Below the pieces are notes generated by a model that saw only the letters and a program-made list of their open reading frames with translations, searched no databases and was not told where the DNA came from. The translations under genes were made by a program, and so were the position numbers. Shown piece by piece: positions 1 through 12,599 of a stretch of 64,000 bases of DNA; positions within the stretch are counted from its first letter, which is position 1; each line of letters begins with the position of its first letter. Origin of the DNA: Negaprion brevirostris (taxonomy: Eukaryota). The stretch is taken from the NCBI GenBank assembly GCA_030324005.1, contig JARDVH010000025.1, positions 84,606,364 through 84,670,363 of the forward strand, written 5' to 3'.

Positions 1-140
1 CCCACACATCTTTGGACTGTGGGAGGAAACCCATGCAGACATGAGGAGAATATGCAAACTCCACACAGACAGTGACCCAAGACAGGAATCAAACCCAGGT
101 TCCTGGAGCTGTGAAGCAGCAGTGCTAACAGTGCTGCCCA
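1..140 (-). mobile_element. HE1/V-type tRNA-derived SINE, partial
   Basis: Reverse complement matches the SINE head and core at 19368, 50835 and 63660. Confidence 0.85.
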
Positions 141-148
141 CTGAATAT

Positions 149-314
149 TTTTAAAGGGGAGGTAGATGGAATCTTAGACAAGAGGATCATAGGGTCAGGG
201 GTAGATGGGAACATGGAATTAAAAACACAAACAGATCAGCCATGACCTTGTGAATGGCAGAGCAGGCATAAGGGGTCAAATGGTTTACTTCTGCTCCTAT
301 TTTGTATATTCATA
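149..314 (+). mobile_element. CR1 LINE 3' end
   Basis: GATCAGCCATGA..GAATGGCAGAGCAGGC..CTGCTCCTA tail, repeated elsewhere in the window. Confidence 0.8.
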
Positions 315-738
315 ATTGTTTGCTGTACCTCCAGATTAACTTTGTGACGTGTACAAGGCCCAAAGACCGACATTTCCTTTGTACTCACGTAATCTTTGCT
401 TTTCTCTTTGCAACCACTTTGCATTTTCATAGCTTTCTTTTTCACCTAGCTTTGGATTGTTAGTGAACTTAGATGAAACGGAGTACAACACATCCAAATC
501 ATTGATTTAAACTGTAGATAGCAGTGTCCCAACTACTGAAGTCATACCCGTTACAGTCCATCAATTCAAAAATGTCCAGTTTAGTCCAACTCTTGATCAG
601 TGCCATTACTGGCAATACCATGATCCCTAATTCTGCGTAATAACTTCTTGTGTGGGTGCTTATTGAATACATTTTTTTTGAAAATCAAATCCCCTTATTT
701 GGCAAATGAAATGAGACAGACAAGTATTACAGAAGTAC

Positions 739-830
739 CTTGAATCTTTCCAAGTTTTGCTTTCTTTCATTTGGTTTTCTATCACCATGCAAGCAGACAC
801 AAGAGAACTGATGCCCCTTTTTATCTGGTC
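739..830 (-). CDS. DDX1: DDX1 coding exon 20 (92 nt); gene continues beyond left edge
   Basis: Encodes (G)[30 protein letters not shown]; AG acceptor at 832-831, GT donor at 738-737; phase consistent with exon 19. Confidence 0.95.
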
Positions 831-921
831 CTGAAACAATAAATTAATTTGATGTGAGACCCCCTACCTTAAGCTAGCAATGGCTGAAGCAAAGCAAAGA
901 TAAACATACGAATTATCTCAC

Positions 922-1068
922 CTCCTCCCATCTGAATGAAGTACTGTTCCATGTTATCACAGTCAATCTTTGTTCTGCAAAAAACAATCGCTTGATCCAT
1001 CTTGTGTTCCTTGATTGCGCGGACCGTATATTCACCCTTAAGTACTTTAATAGCTTCTGACCACATTT
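922..1068 (-). CDS. DDX1: DDX1 coding exon 19 (147 nt), helicase C-terminal domain
   Basis: [49 protein letters not shown] (motif IV-like IVFCRTK); AG and GTGAG boundaries. Confidence 0.97.
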
Positions 1069-2266
1069 CTGGAGAAATTAGATATGGAAATTCTAAAAAT
1101 TGACTTATCTCCTATTTGCAATTAAGAAGTTCTAAACAGTAACAGCAAGTTGATTATTGATAAAATAGTTATTATTTTAAATGGAAGCAATCTGATATTC
1201 AATAATTAAATCCCAAAGCATTTTCTAGCTACTATTCTACCAATCAAATTTACAGAACAAAGTTTTCATATTATAACAGCAAAAATCCACTACTCTGCTC
1301 AAACTTCTACTAAGTCTAAGTGGCGAAAATCTAGGACTGATGGAGAAGCAAATAAATTTCGACACTCGTGGACAAATTATTAAAAGCTGCTGGGAAAGAT
1401 ATTGAAAAAAAACAAACCAGCTACTGGAGTTTTGAATTTATCTTTGGGCTGGGCAGAACACAAAATGGAGGAAATTATACTTCAGTTGTGTATTCTTCAA
1501 AGATCATATCTGGAGTGCTCGAATCATAACAGTGCAAAATAGGCCCTTCAGTCCATCGAGTCTACACCGATACACAGGAAACATCTGGGACGGGATTTTC
1601 TGGTCGCAGCCATACCTTGAAGTATGGATTCTAAAAAGTTTGTAGTAGACTATATAGTTGGCCCAATCTAGAACATAGATGCTTTGATGCATATTCTCTC
1701 ATTGCCTAGCATAAACGAGACCAAAAACTTCAGTGACCACCCAATTACTTCCAATGTCCACTTCAGAGTTCTGCAAACTTCTTTTAAAAGTAATTTATTT
1801 TTCTAATTAGTAATTATTTCACATCCTTCTTCAGTATGTCCACATTCTTCAGTCTCAATCTACCATCTGCTTACCCTGGGGTAAAGAGATCCTATTTACT
1901 CGTCATCCCAGGAAGTGTCAGCAGTTGGTCAGAAAACTAAGCAACACAAATTCAAACAAATAGCAGATACCAGATAGTGGTACTTGTGAGGACCTTCAAC
2001 AAAGTTTTAAGTGACAAATTACACAGCATGGACATGCACGATACCTCATAGAATGGTGCACTTTTGATTTTTTGGGGGGAAAAGCTTTGCATTTTCTTAT
2101 GGATATGTAGGAAGTTAAATTAGAAGTGCATTCCAAGTGCTGTACATTAATTAAATAATTTAGGTTTCAATACCCACATTACAAAACCGTTAGAAGATTG
2201 TGTAAATTTGTATTTTAATAAGGAAATCCAATAGGAAGTATGGCATCTAACCGCAAAGCCACTCAC

Positions 2267-2318
2267 CTGCAGTATTTGTACCAGGTCTTGTGTTATCTTT
2301 TGCATGAACTTCATCTGT
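2267..2318 (-). CDS. DDX1: DDX1 coding exon 18 (52 nt)
   Basis: TDEVHAKDNTRPGTNTA; AG and GTGAGT boundaries. Confidence 0.95.
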
Positions 2319-2720
2319 CTGAGGAAGATACACAAAAAAAGTGATATTCTGACAATTTGTTTGATGCAGGTTAAGGCATTCATACTCTAATAAATAAGAA
2401 CACAAGGTCAACTTGAAACAGTTGGCAAAAGCTTATTTCAGCACAAAATTTCAAAGGAACATTTAAGAATTTTGTAGATTCTTAGGGAAAGAACACAAGG
2501 CGGTACTTCTNNNNNNNNNNNNNNNNNNNNNNNNNNNNNNNNNNNNNNNNNNNNNNNNNNNNNNNNNNNNNNNNNNNNNNNNNNNNNNNNNNNNNNNNNN
2601 NNNNNNNNNNGGTACTTCTGATAGGAAAGTTCCACAAACATTGGCATAGGAGTAACATGCTCTCTCTGTTTAGGCATTGTGCCCAAGTTTGTTACTAGAA
2701 GTAAGTACAACCCTCTTTAC

Positions 2721-2906
2721 CCGAATATGTCTTCCAAGTTTCTCCCAGATACGATCGGTTTTTGGATTAACTCGAAGAACAACATGATGTACGGTCTCAG
2801 GAACAGAATCCTCTCCCTTAAGATCTACCCAGGTTGGGAAATGCATGATCTTCTCCGACAGCTTCTTAACATCAAATGAATGCAGAGTGGCAGAGCAAAC
2901 AATTAC
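2721..2906 (-). CDS. DDX1: DDX1 coding exon 17 (186 nt), contains SAT motif III
   Basis: [62 protein letters not shown]; AG and GT boundaries. Confidence 0.97.
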
Positions 2907-3309
2907 CTACACAAAGCAAAGTAAACCACATTAAAATCTAAGTGCAACAATTTTTAAAAGGAAAAAGCCTCATTTTTAGTAGTCAATATTTCAATTTAGG
3001 GAAAAACACACATTGGTCATGTTTTTGCACAGTAATGCTGTTTGATTCACTGTAGAGAACAACCTATTTGTTGATTTATTCTATATTTATTCTGAGTCTT
3101 TAACAGTTTTAAAAAAGAAACAGGAAAGAATGCTTTGCAGATACTTGATCAAATGGTTGCGTCACAAATCTGAAAGGCTGCTCTTGGTCCCATCAGTATA
3201 AGAACTCTTTCAGAAGGCAGTTTTAAAACCTGAGTAAATGTTCTTCTCCAGTTATGTTCCCAAACATCCCTTTCTAGTAATTTCTGTCAGCTTAGAAATC
3301 AAAGAATAT

Positions 3310-3582
3310 TTATTTATTTGTCACAAGTAGGTTTAGATTAACACTGCAATGAAGTTATTGTGAAAAATCCTAGTCACCACACTCTGGGTACATGGAGGGA
3401 AAATGTAGCATGGCCAATCACTCAACCAGCACATCTTTTGTATGTGTGGGAGGAAACTGGAACACCCAGAGGAAACCCACGCACATATGGGGAGAATGCA
3501 CAGGCTCTGCACAGTGACCAAGCCAGAAGTCGAACCCAGGTTCCTGGCACTATGAGGCAGTAGTGCTAACCACTGTGCCACT
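3310..3582 (-). mobile_element. tRNA-derived V-type SINE, tail variant B
   Basis: Same head and core as HE1-like copies, but ends ..CAGTGTTAATCTAAACCTACTTGTGACAAATAAATAAA; homologous to 47684-47969. Confidence 0.85.
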
Positions 3583-4091
3583 GTACATTGAATACTAACA
3601 TTCAATTAATGAAGTTAGAATGGATTCCTTGAAAGGCAAATCATACCATATAACAGGAAACCTATGATTTGTCGAGACCATGCCCAATCACAGTAGCGGA
3701 ACGTCTTCCAAATTTAGTCATTTCTAGAGAGGTTTTTAACTCCTGTGCCTTTCAAAAAAGCTATGGTTTGATTCTTGAAGCCTTTCATATCACACGTTCA
3801 TGCTTCTTTATTTGAAAAAGTCAACTAAAACTTGTAAGTAACAAGTCAAATGTACAATTTGCAATTGGTGAATAGATTAAGTATTTTTTCAACTTAAAAG
3901 TTCAGTGTATTGAAGTCAATGGGTCAAAGAGAGACTAAATGAGCATTTCCCAGAGAGTTAGTTACACTACATGACTAAAATCACATGCAATATCAAGAGA
4001 AGCCCTGTGGGATATTTAAACGTCAGTTGGTTCTCTGACGAGAATAGAGAATTTAAAATAACTTAATTGTGTCTTTTAATATAGTTCACAC

Positions 4092-4181
4092 CTGCAACCT
4101 TTTGCCATCAGATGTTACTTGAGGGATCTGAGAATGCATTCTTGAAATGAAGTCAGAGTAGCCACTAGTGAGCAATCCATC
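4092..4181 (-). CDS. DDX1: DDX1 coding exon 16 (90 nt)
   Basis: [30 protein letters not shown]; first codon completes the DEA|D box. Confidence 0.96.
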
Positions 4182-5496
4182 CTTTAAAAAAAAGTCATTT
4201 TAGATGATTACATTTCAGCCACCAAAAACAACATGCAGGTTAGTAGATTCTTCCAGCTTTCAAATAAGCACCTTCTACTAGTGCAAATTTTGTAAATTTT
4301 TAACATATAGTTAATAAAGAAATCGAAACAATGTAAAGAAAATTTATATGAACAGTGTTTATTAAGCCTAGTTTTAAATCTTTCATAAAAACAAAAAGGT
4401 GTGGCAGCATTGCTTGAAAATACAAACAGAACATAACATCTGAGGTTGCTCAAAATTAGGATGCTGCATGATTAGATTTCATTGACAATAGCAAAAACGT
4501 CTAAACTTTTTCCAGTAGTAATGACAGTAATATAAACACCTTTTAAAAAAAAGCTGCATTTAATAAAAGTATTTCTGAAGACTGAACAAAATATTGGCCT
4601 AGATTTGTGGTCAACAATGCAGTGTGCCACTCAGCACTTACACCAAATACATTTCATGAACCTGCTGCAATCATGGTAGCAAGAATTTTGTCTGCCTTGA
4701 GGCATGGGTCACCATGGATCCCAGCAGCACAGGCAAAAAGGACAGTCACCGGATCTCAAAAGCTGAAAAGGCTGCAGCAGTATAAAAAGTGTTGGAACAT
4801 CAGAATTTGTAAACAATTTTACAAAATGAAAAGTGTGAACAGATTTTTAAAAGTGCAATGACTTTGATCAACTAAATCAATTTAATCTGATAAATCCTGT
4901 TAGTCGCAGATTTTACTTTTCAACAAGATGATCAGATATTCAAATTTTTACTTTTAATTTTTAAAATGGTATGCATGTATGGGAGGCAGGGGGGGCATAA
5001 GTATTTGCAAATTCAGAGTAGATCTATTGTGTCTGAAAATACTGGTATAAAATTTATAAGTATGGCTTATGTGGAGTTGGTAGGCAATTAGCTTAAAATA
5101 GATACAGGTTTTTTACTTGATGTTTGAAGCAATGAGTCCTCATAGGCTGACTCACCAAGTGTGAACATTAGACATTGTAATGCATCCAGTGCAGAGAGGG
5201 GCAGGGAAGAAGGAGGACCTTCTTGTGACCCTGCTCCAGGGCCTGCCCTAACTTGCCATCAAAAGATCCAGGCAACAGGTGATCCCACTAGGTCTAACTT
5301 ATTCAACTATTAGAGTACAGAATCATATAGCTTCCAGCTTTGCCAGTAGAATCAAAAGCAACAAAAAGTCTTTCAGAGATAGAGGTGGTATATAAAGATA
5401 TGAAAAATGACCATTGTAGCTAACACAAATGCTATTGAATGTGTGGGATTAATAAGGATAACAACGACATTTCAGTTCTGATAAATGAGCACTTAC

Positions 5497-5595
5497 AGCT
5501 TCATCTAGCACCAAGAACCTAACTTGGGACAGATTCAGTTTTCCCGTTGAAACAAGATCATCTACTCTTCCAGGAGTTCCAACAACAATATCCAC
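5497..5595 (-). CDS. DDX1: DDX1 coding exon 15 (99 nt), motif Ib and start of the DEAD box
   Basis: [33 protein letters not shown]; CAG and GTAAGT boundaries. Confidence 0.97.
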
Positions 5596-6364
5596 CTGTG
5601 GAATAGATAAGAACATTGATCATGTTCAATTTAATGCTATTCACCAAGTCATGGGACAAAAATAATGTTTTAGGATTGAACTACACTTTTCTTCAGTATT
5701 TTAAAAAAATTTAAGGTGCACTGTTAACAGTGAAAACGTTCCTTTGAGGAAAAGCACTTCTGGAGTGGTGAGATGCAGACAGGTTAATGCTGCAAAATAA
5801 CAAATCCAAATTAACCACATCGTTGAATAATAGATCTGTGGGCAAATTTTATGTTAATGAAGAGATAGATAGAATCATGATAAAGCTACGTTCTGAGATC
5901 AAACATTTCCCGGATAAAAAGGTGAAAAGCAAAAATGTATTTTCACTCTCATACAACAAAAAAGGTAAAGTGAGGAAATTGCACATCACAAGCATTTCTT
6001 GGGATTGTTTCAGGAATCTCTGTAAGAACTCAAGACAAATTTTGATTTCATTTACAGGAGGCAAAAATTGAAACGAAGGAGTGACTAATGATGATGGCAG
6101 AATACCATAAAAAATGCTTTTGGAAGATTCACTGAACACCAAAATTAGAGTAAGACTCTTCAAAACTAATGAAATTCAAAAGTTGTTCAATTTAGTTTGA
6201 AAGTTTATGCACAGAAGCTAATTCATGATTTCAGCCGACAGAATATGGACATTGCCAAAACGAAAAGGCACATCAAGAAATCCTGTGGGATGATTATCCC
6301 GATCCGATCTTTTCACCCTGTATATTGCACAAATTCATGAATGGACCTCCAAGGGCATTGCTTT

Positions 6365-6541
6365 AGGGTTTTAGATTCGTAGACCACTGGGAAGTCTTTA
6401 TGAAAGAGGGGCAAGTATACAAGAGGGATGGGGTACAGTTANNNNNNNNNNNNNNNNNNNNNNNNNNNNNNNNNNNNNNNNNNNNNNNNNNNNNNNNNNN
6501 NNNNNNNNNNNNNNNNNNNNNNNNNNNNNNNNNNNNNNNNN
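6365..6541 (+). mobile_element. CR1 ORF1 (SGNH/esterase) fragment running into a gap
   Basis: Translates GFRFVDHWEVFMKEGQVYKRDGVQL, resembling the GFxFxDHW..YxxDGLHL block of CR1 ORF1 esterase domains. Confidence 0.65.
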
Positions 6542-7129
6542 GTATATTGCACAAATTCATGAATGGACCTCCAAGGGCATTGCTTTCGGCCCTAAGAAGT
6601 GCTGACTACCTCAGATTACCCAGGAAGGACAAGGTATCTCAAACATTTGGGCAACAGGTGAAGCTGTCTGTTTCATGCTACCATCAATAGCGACACGTGT
6701 GGTATTCTCCACGAATAAAATGCTGCGTCAACACAACATGAAATTCTGCCTAGGAGTACCATGCTATATGAATTTCAGTGCTAATGTGATGCTAGGTATG
6801 GAAGCCTCAAGTCCAAAAAATTGGTTGATCTCATCATACAGTATATCCCAGCTGCTGTTTGCAACTAGCAAGGTGCAGACCACATCCAACTAGCCATTGC
6901 TTGGAAAATTCAAGTGTCCAACATTGAATACAATTCCACAATTGGACATTTGCTAAATAATCCTCAGTATATTAATAATTATGCTGACAACTAATTAAAG
7001 ATCGTCAATTAGTCTCGCAATGTGTCAAATTTGCATGCAACTTGAGATACATATATGAATGCATGAGCCCCTGATAGAAAGAACATAGGATGCACATTGC
7101 ACCTGTTTCAGCTAGAACAAAATAAGTGA

Positions 7130-7385
7130 CAGCCATCCTTCAGGGAAATGCCGTATCCAATCTGAATCAAGCTGTCTGATTTAAATTTCAAACAATGTTT
7201 GGCAGTTAACTATCAGTCACAATCAACTGGTGCATTCTCCATGGCAATACCTTTACTAGAATCCACTTAAATTCACTCAGCATATATTTATTTCCCTTGC
7301 ATTGGCATTCTTATGAATTGTCTTTATCAATGCAAGATGAAAATGCTTTGACAGAATGTCTTTTATAAGCAATATTTAAGTTCTG
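7130..7385 (+). mobile_element. Decayed Penelope-type terminal repeat (family C)
   Basis: Homologous to both arms of 56361-56735 (TGCATTCTCCATGGCAA.., TGCAAGATGAAAATGCTTTGACAG). Confidence 0.55.
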
Positions 7386-8869
7386 TATGACCAAATGATT
7401 ATTTTTAAGAATGTGTGAATGTGATAGAATCAGATTGGAAATATCAGGTGGCAATCCAACTGATAAATTGCCTTCACTAAGCTTTATGTTAGGCTAAGTT
7501 ATTGAAATAAAGCTTAACAACGTCAAAACCTGTTTAACATTAAGCCAAGAAAATTACACACAGGATAGACAAGTAATTTATCTTTTTCAGATTACCATTA
7601 AGCCAGTATATAATGTAAATTTGCATACAGGTCACATGAATTGAGGGGAACAAAAGTTCTATAACTTGACTGTGAACTACAAATGGTTCCTTTTGCTATA
7701 GGAAATCATAAGCCTAGCTGAGTAGTTTTAAAATTGGACAATTGCTGGAGGACTACATATAGAATATGTAATACTTGATTTTGGCCAACTTCCACTTAAA
7801 ATGGTATGATGGACACAAAAGGTTCAGTTATGATAGTCAAAATACTGAAGCAGGGGAGTTGAGTATTTGGAAGTGAGGTGAACAATTCATAGTGAGATCT
7901 CCAGGTTGTGGGATTAAAATTAGGTGGTGCAGGTGGGAGAAAAGTTAACAGTAGAGGAATATGTTCAGAAGTGGATGGCATTGGGAAAGGGATTAAAAAA
8001 CTATTCAAAAAAGGAGGGGGAGAATGAATGTGAAGATCAAGACAATAAAAGGAGGCTGCATGGCATCAGGAATGAAATGAATACAACCATATGAAGCAGA
8101 AACCGAAGTAAACCATTCGGTTTCATGGGGCTGCTCCACCATTCAATAAAATCACGAATGATCTGTAAATGTTTCAAATTTCTCATTCCCATCTATCCCT
8201 ATGACATTTGATTAACTTGCCTTAAGCAAAAGATGCAAATAAGATGCTTTTATTTTTGCTCGTGGTGTGGTTTATCTACAACGTCTGAAAAAGGGTTTCT
8301 CAAATAGCTATCCATTATCGACTTTAGACATTCATTCATCAGTGGTTGGTTTTAACTTGGCCCTTTCTGAAAATTATGCAAGTATATGAAAAAGCAAAAC
8401 CAATGAAGCACATTTGAGACAGATGAAGTTTGCATGAATTGTATGCTGTGGAAAATATCACTAATTCAAAAATATTTACCTGTTGAAAATAGTAATATTA
8501 CCATTTATCCAAGTCATAATAACCACACAATTATTAGTAAATTACACGCAGCGTATAACATTATGGCAAAAGGGTTTTAAAGAAAATAGTACTTGGAATA
8601 AAATAATTTGGGGTTTTTTATTTGTATTTATAAAGCAGCTTTCAAAACCCGGTATGTCACAATGCATTCTACAGCTAATGTATGGTATTACAATGAATGG
8701 AACAGCATCAGAATGTGTTTAGCTGAAATTAGTGTGATCTTTAACTCATATACTATAATCTATTCTGGGTTACTTAATTCATCTGATATTTTCAAATAAA
8801 TTACATTTGTGCTTGTGCATCAACACAATCCTCAGCACATTTTCTTGAGGAGTAACAGGGAAAACTTAC

Positions 8870-8930
8870 TCCTTGTTCCAGTACAGCCAGTTGATCTTTT
8901 GCAGAAACACCACCAATAATCAGAAGCTCC
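8870..8930 (-). CDS. DDX1: DDX1 coding exon 14 (61 nt)
   Basis: (R)ELLIIGGVSAKDQLAVLEQG; polypyrimidine tract plus TAG, GTAAGT donor. Confidence 0.95.
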
Positions 8931-9304
8931 CTAAACAAAAAAACAAAACAAATCCCAGAAATGAAACCATTGCTACAACGAACAAGGATTACAACATGGT
9001 CAAGTGCTTGAGATTTAACTTGGAGTGTTGTGAATTAACTTAGACATTTATCAAAATTAGCATTTATTGCACTATTGAGTCTGAGCACCTCAAAAATACA
9101 AGATTATGAAGGTCAAAGCGTAGTCCAAGTGGCCTTGTCCTTACAAATCCAGATTTCTTCAGTTAAAATATGAAAATCTTGCAGTGAGAGTGGGGAAAAA
9201 CAAAGTAAGTATTTTAATCTTGATCAGTAGCCAATGAAAACTGCTGCAAAATGATTGACATATGTGGGGATGCATTTGTTCAAGGCACTACACAATATTA
9301 AGTT

Positions 9305-9395
9305 TATTTATTACTGACAAGTAGACTTACATTCACACTGCAATGAATCTACCGTGAAAAATCCCCTAGTCACCACTCTCTGGTGCCTGTTCAGG
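9305..9395 (-). mobile_element. SINE tail-B fragment
   Basis: Matches 3310-3390. Confidence 0.7.
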
Positions 9396-10732
9396 TAGGA
9401 GGTATGTGCATAGTGCAACACTGGAGGGCTGATAGCATTTATACAGCTGTACACAGGGTAGTAAATGAGAACCTTCAGAAAGGGAGGTATAACTGCCAGA
9501 CAAAAGTTGATTTGTCCTTAGTATGCTTCCATTATGCCTGTACTACTAGGCAAGATAAAGATGCTTGGAAAACGGCAACAGTGGAATTTATTCTGAACTG
9601 AGATCAGCAATTATTTTACCACAAGACTCATCAACGCATACCAGTTGTGAAGGTGGCCAAAAGCAAAAAAAACCCCTGAAAATTAGTGACTGAAGACAAA
9701 TAGGTCTGTTTTTTTTGTGACAAGGAATCATGTCATTTTAGCAATTTTTGCAGTGAAATAAAAATGCTTCTAGATAATTCCTCCCATTTGAAATAATCAG
9801 ACTTCAATTGAGTAGAAACACCAGTTTTCCCTTGGTTTATTTTTTATTATTGTCAAGAATATGGACCAACGCATTTGTATTGAATCAAAGTTAGCACATC
9901 ATTTTAGTATTCAATGCAGTTAGTGCAAGTAATAAAGGTCCATATAAACAATACACTGTGACCTTGCTGGATGACATATATGGGGAGTGAAGCAATGGAC
10001 TATGGCAGTGTTTTGCCAACTGTTTTCCAACATGACAACATTTAACTCACCACGTTTTCAAGGATGGACAACAAAGGCTGGCTATGCCTGCAATGCCCAT
10101 GTCCCATGAACAAAATAGATAAAACTCAAAAAATTAACAAGACAACTTAGTGAGGACCCTCTGCTCTCTACTCGTCCCCACCCTTTCCCCCATCTACACA
10201 GCATAATCATCTCTTCCCACCACACAACTTTCTTCCAAACACCAAACTCCACCCCACCCCCGACTAACTCATTTATACCCTCCATTCTTTCACATTCACT
10301 CCCACTCCCACTCTTCTCTTCTTTCTCCACTCTCCCTCCACCTGGAATTTTCCATCTTGCCCAGATGTTGGAGAGGTGGAGTGGAGAGAAGCAGCAATAT
10401 TCCAGACATTCTCTTGGCTTCGCTCTCACCCCAGTCCAGCATCAGTGACTCTCAGTGGAGACAACAAAAGAAAGGCGGCTTGTACAGTAAAATGCTCTAT
10501 AGGTTGCCTGTTGAAGCAGCAGCTACTGTGCTAATGGCCACTGTATCTCCCAACTACAGAAAGTCAATTAGAATGCAGCAGAGCAAGAGGGGAGCAGAAT
10601 GGAGGGCAAAAAAAATTTTAAAGGGTGGAATTCTCTGATCCAAAAGTTGGAAACTTGTCAAACAGTGGATATTTCTCATGCCTGCACAAACAATGTAACT
10701 GAAAATAGAAACAGTACATACTCACAGACAAC

Positions 10733-11512
10733 GGAGGTGATTCTCCCATCCCATTGCGGTAATTTTCTAGTGCAGCAAGCCGGGAGAATCGTGTGGAGGC
10801 GGGGCGGGGGGATTCGCGGGATTAGTGCAAGCATCTTGCAACGCCGGATTTCTGGTGCGGTCTGGTCTGCAGCAGAAAATCAGCAGGACTGCTGGTAGAA
10901 TTCAGTCCTGGGCCTGTTAGCTTCTCCCGCCCTACTGGAGTGTTCTAGTCTAGTAGGGTTTAGAGTAGCTCTCCGCTTTCGGGGAGCTAGTGGCCTGACC
11001 CTGCTGGAGTGAATTAAGGGCAGTTGGGGCCACCAGGGGTGGTGCTGCCTGGGCACAGGCACCTTGACAGTGCCAGCCTGTGCCCCAGCACTGCCCAAGG
11101 GGCAAAGTGCCAATGCCCAGAGGGCACCTGGCATGAGGCAGGGCCAAAGGAATAGGGCTTCCCACTGCCATTTTACATTGGGATCGACAGGGGGCAGGAG
11201 GCCAGCGGGCAGACTGACGAAAGGATAGCTGGGGGTGGGGGGGCAGGTTGCGGTGGTGGTGGTGTGGTGGTGGTAGCGTGCAGCATTGCAGGGGTCCTAA
11301 GCTGTCCAGCAAACAGGAGGCTGACAGTTCAGGGCCTCTGTGCATTGGTTTCAGCCTTCTGGCTGGGAATAGGCCCTGCCCCCTAAAATGTAATGACATT
11401 CACATTGGTGATCTCTACATTGCACCAAGTGTGGGAGATTGTAGTGTGAACTCTCACTGAAAACAAACAGCGCAAATGACTCCAGTTTTCCCGCAAATTC
11501 AAAATTCCACCC
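10733..11512. mobile_element. GC-rich non-autonomous DNA element (Harbinger-like MITE)
   Basis: Sharp GC-rich block; imperfect termini (GGTGATTCTCCC .. AAAATTCCACCC); internal GGCAGTGCC/GGCACTGCC motifs shared with 14400 and 29990. Confidence 0.55.
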
Positions 11513-11767
11513 AAAGTTAATGCAACTCTAAACAAAGTTGCAGAAGGAAACAGATTTCTGCTGCTAAAATTACAAGACTAAATAGTTGACAATTTCAGAA
11601 TGTTAAAGTGAAATGGAATCCTCACCAGATCGTTCCTTTTAGGACCTTATTGAGTGTTCGCCCAAGATGTGTATAGCAGGTAAAGAATGGTTAGTACAAC
11701 AGCACATTTGTTTATTGGGCAAGTTGAGGGAAGGGAGAAGAAAAGCAAGCGTGGGAAGAAAAGCTAC

Positions 11768-11906
11768 CTTAGCTTGGGATCAGTAATATTTTTCTTGAAC
11801 TGCTTGATGTTATTGAGGGTTTGTTCAGCCAGTTCCCTTGATGGTTCAATAATGAGTGCCTTTGGAGCATTTGGTAAGTTCTTAGTTTGAGCCACCTGTG
11901 CAGTAC
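11768..11906 (-). CDS. DDX1: DDX1 coding exon 13 (139 nt), motif Ia
   Basis: [47 protein letters not shown]. Confidence 0.97.
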
Positions 11907-12599
11907 CTGAAAAAGAATGAATAAATACNNNNNNNNNNNNAACTTCACAGCACTGAATTATGAAAACTATTGCTTTAATAAACTGAGGTACGACCATCCT
12001 AATCCTTTACAACTGCTACTTACAGAATTCACAGTTATTAATAAAGCAACATCACTAAATTCATGATGCAGAATTCCCTATGGATTTCCAAAAATTCCAC
12101 CTCCCCAGATTTAGTTTGGCACCTCTTAGTTGATAGCTTTACGAACATTCCCAGAATGTTAAAACCAACAAATGATGAAAGGATAATTTATCTAGAATTA
12201 TTACACAATTTACGTATCCTGGAATCTGCCCTGAAATGAGATTAACAATTCTGATTAAAAAAAAACTATTGACCTGAAACTTCACTCTGCTTCTCTCTCC
12301 ATAGGAGAGCTCCCGAGACCTCCATGGTGGGGAAGGTTTTTTTTTGTGATCAGGCCACCCTTTAAAAATGGCGCCCCAATCTCAGTACAGCTGGGCTTGA
12401 CCCTGCCTTTAGGCTCTCCCCGCCTCAACATGATGGCATGAAACAGGCCCATGCTTTTTTTGACAGTGTCAGAAGGTCTGGAGAGAAACACACCGTTTTT
12501 CAGTCAGACCCTGACATTTTGCCAAATTCTGGTAAGATCGCCCATTTCTTTAGGGATTATTGAGGTTGTAGGGAATCCTGCTCACTTGTCCATCATGAG

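Noticed and set aside
2502-2619. Short direct repeats on both sides of gaps (GGTACTTCT here; GTGCAGATT at 21238/21347; CAGATAACA at 26147/26167)
   Set aside because: They abut N runs exactly and look like unmerged contig overlaps. A TSD around a collapsed insertion cannot be excluded, but no element sequence is visible.
10880-11460. Overlapping GC-rich ORFs of 70-149 aa
   Set aside because: They lie inside a MITE-like element, have no recognisable domain, and are expected from low stop-codon frequency in GC-rich DNA.
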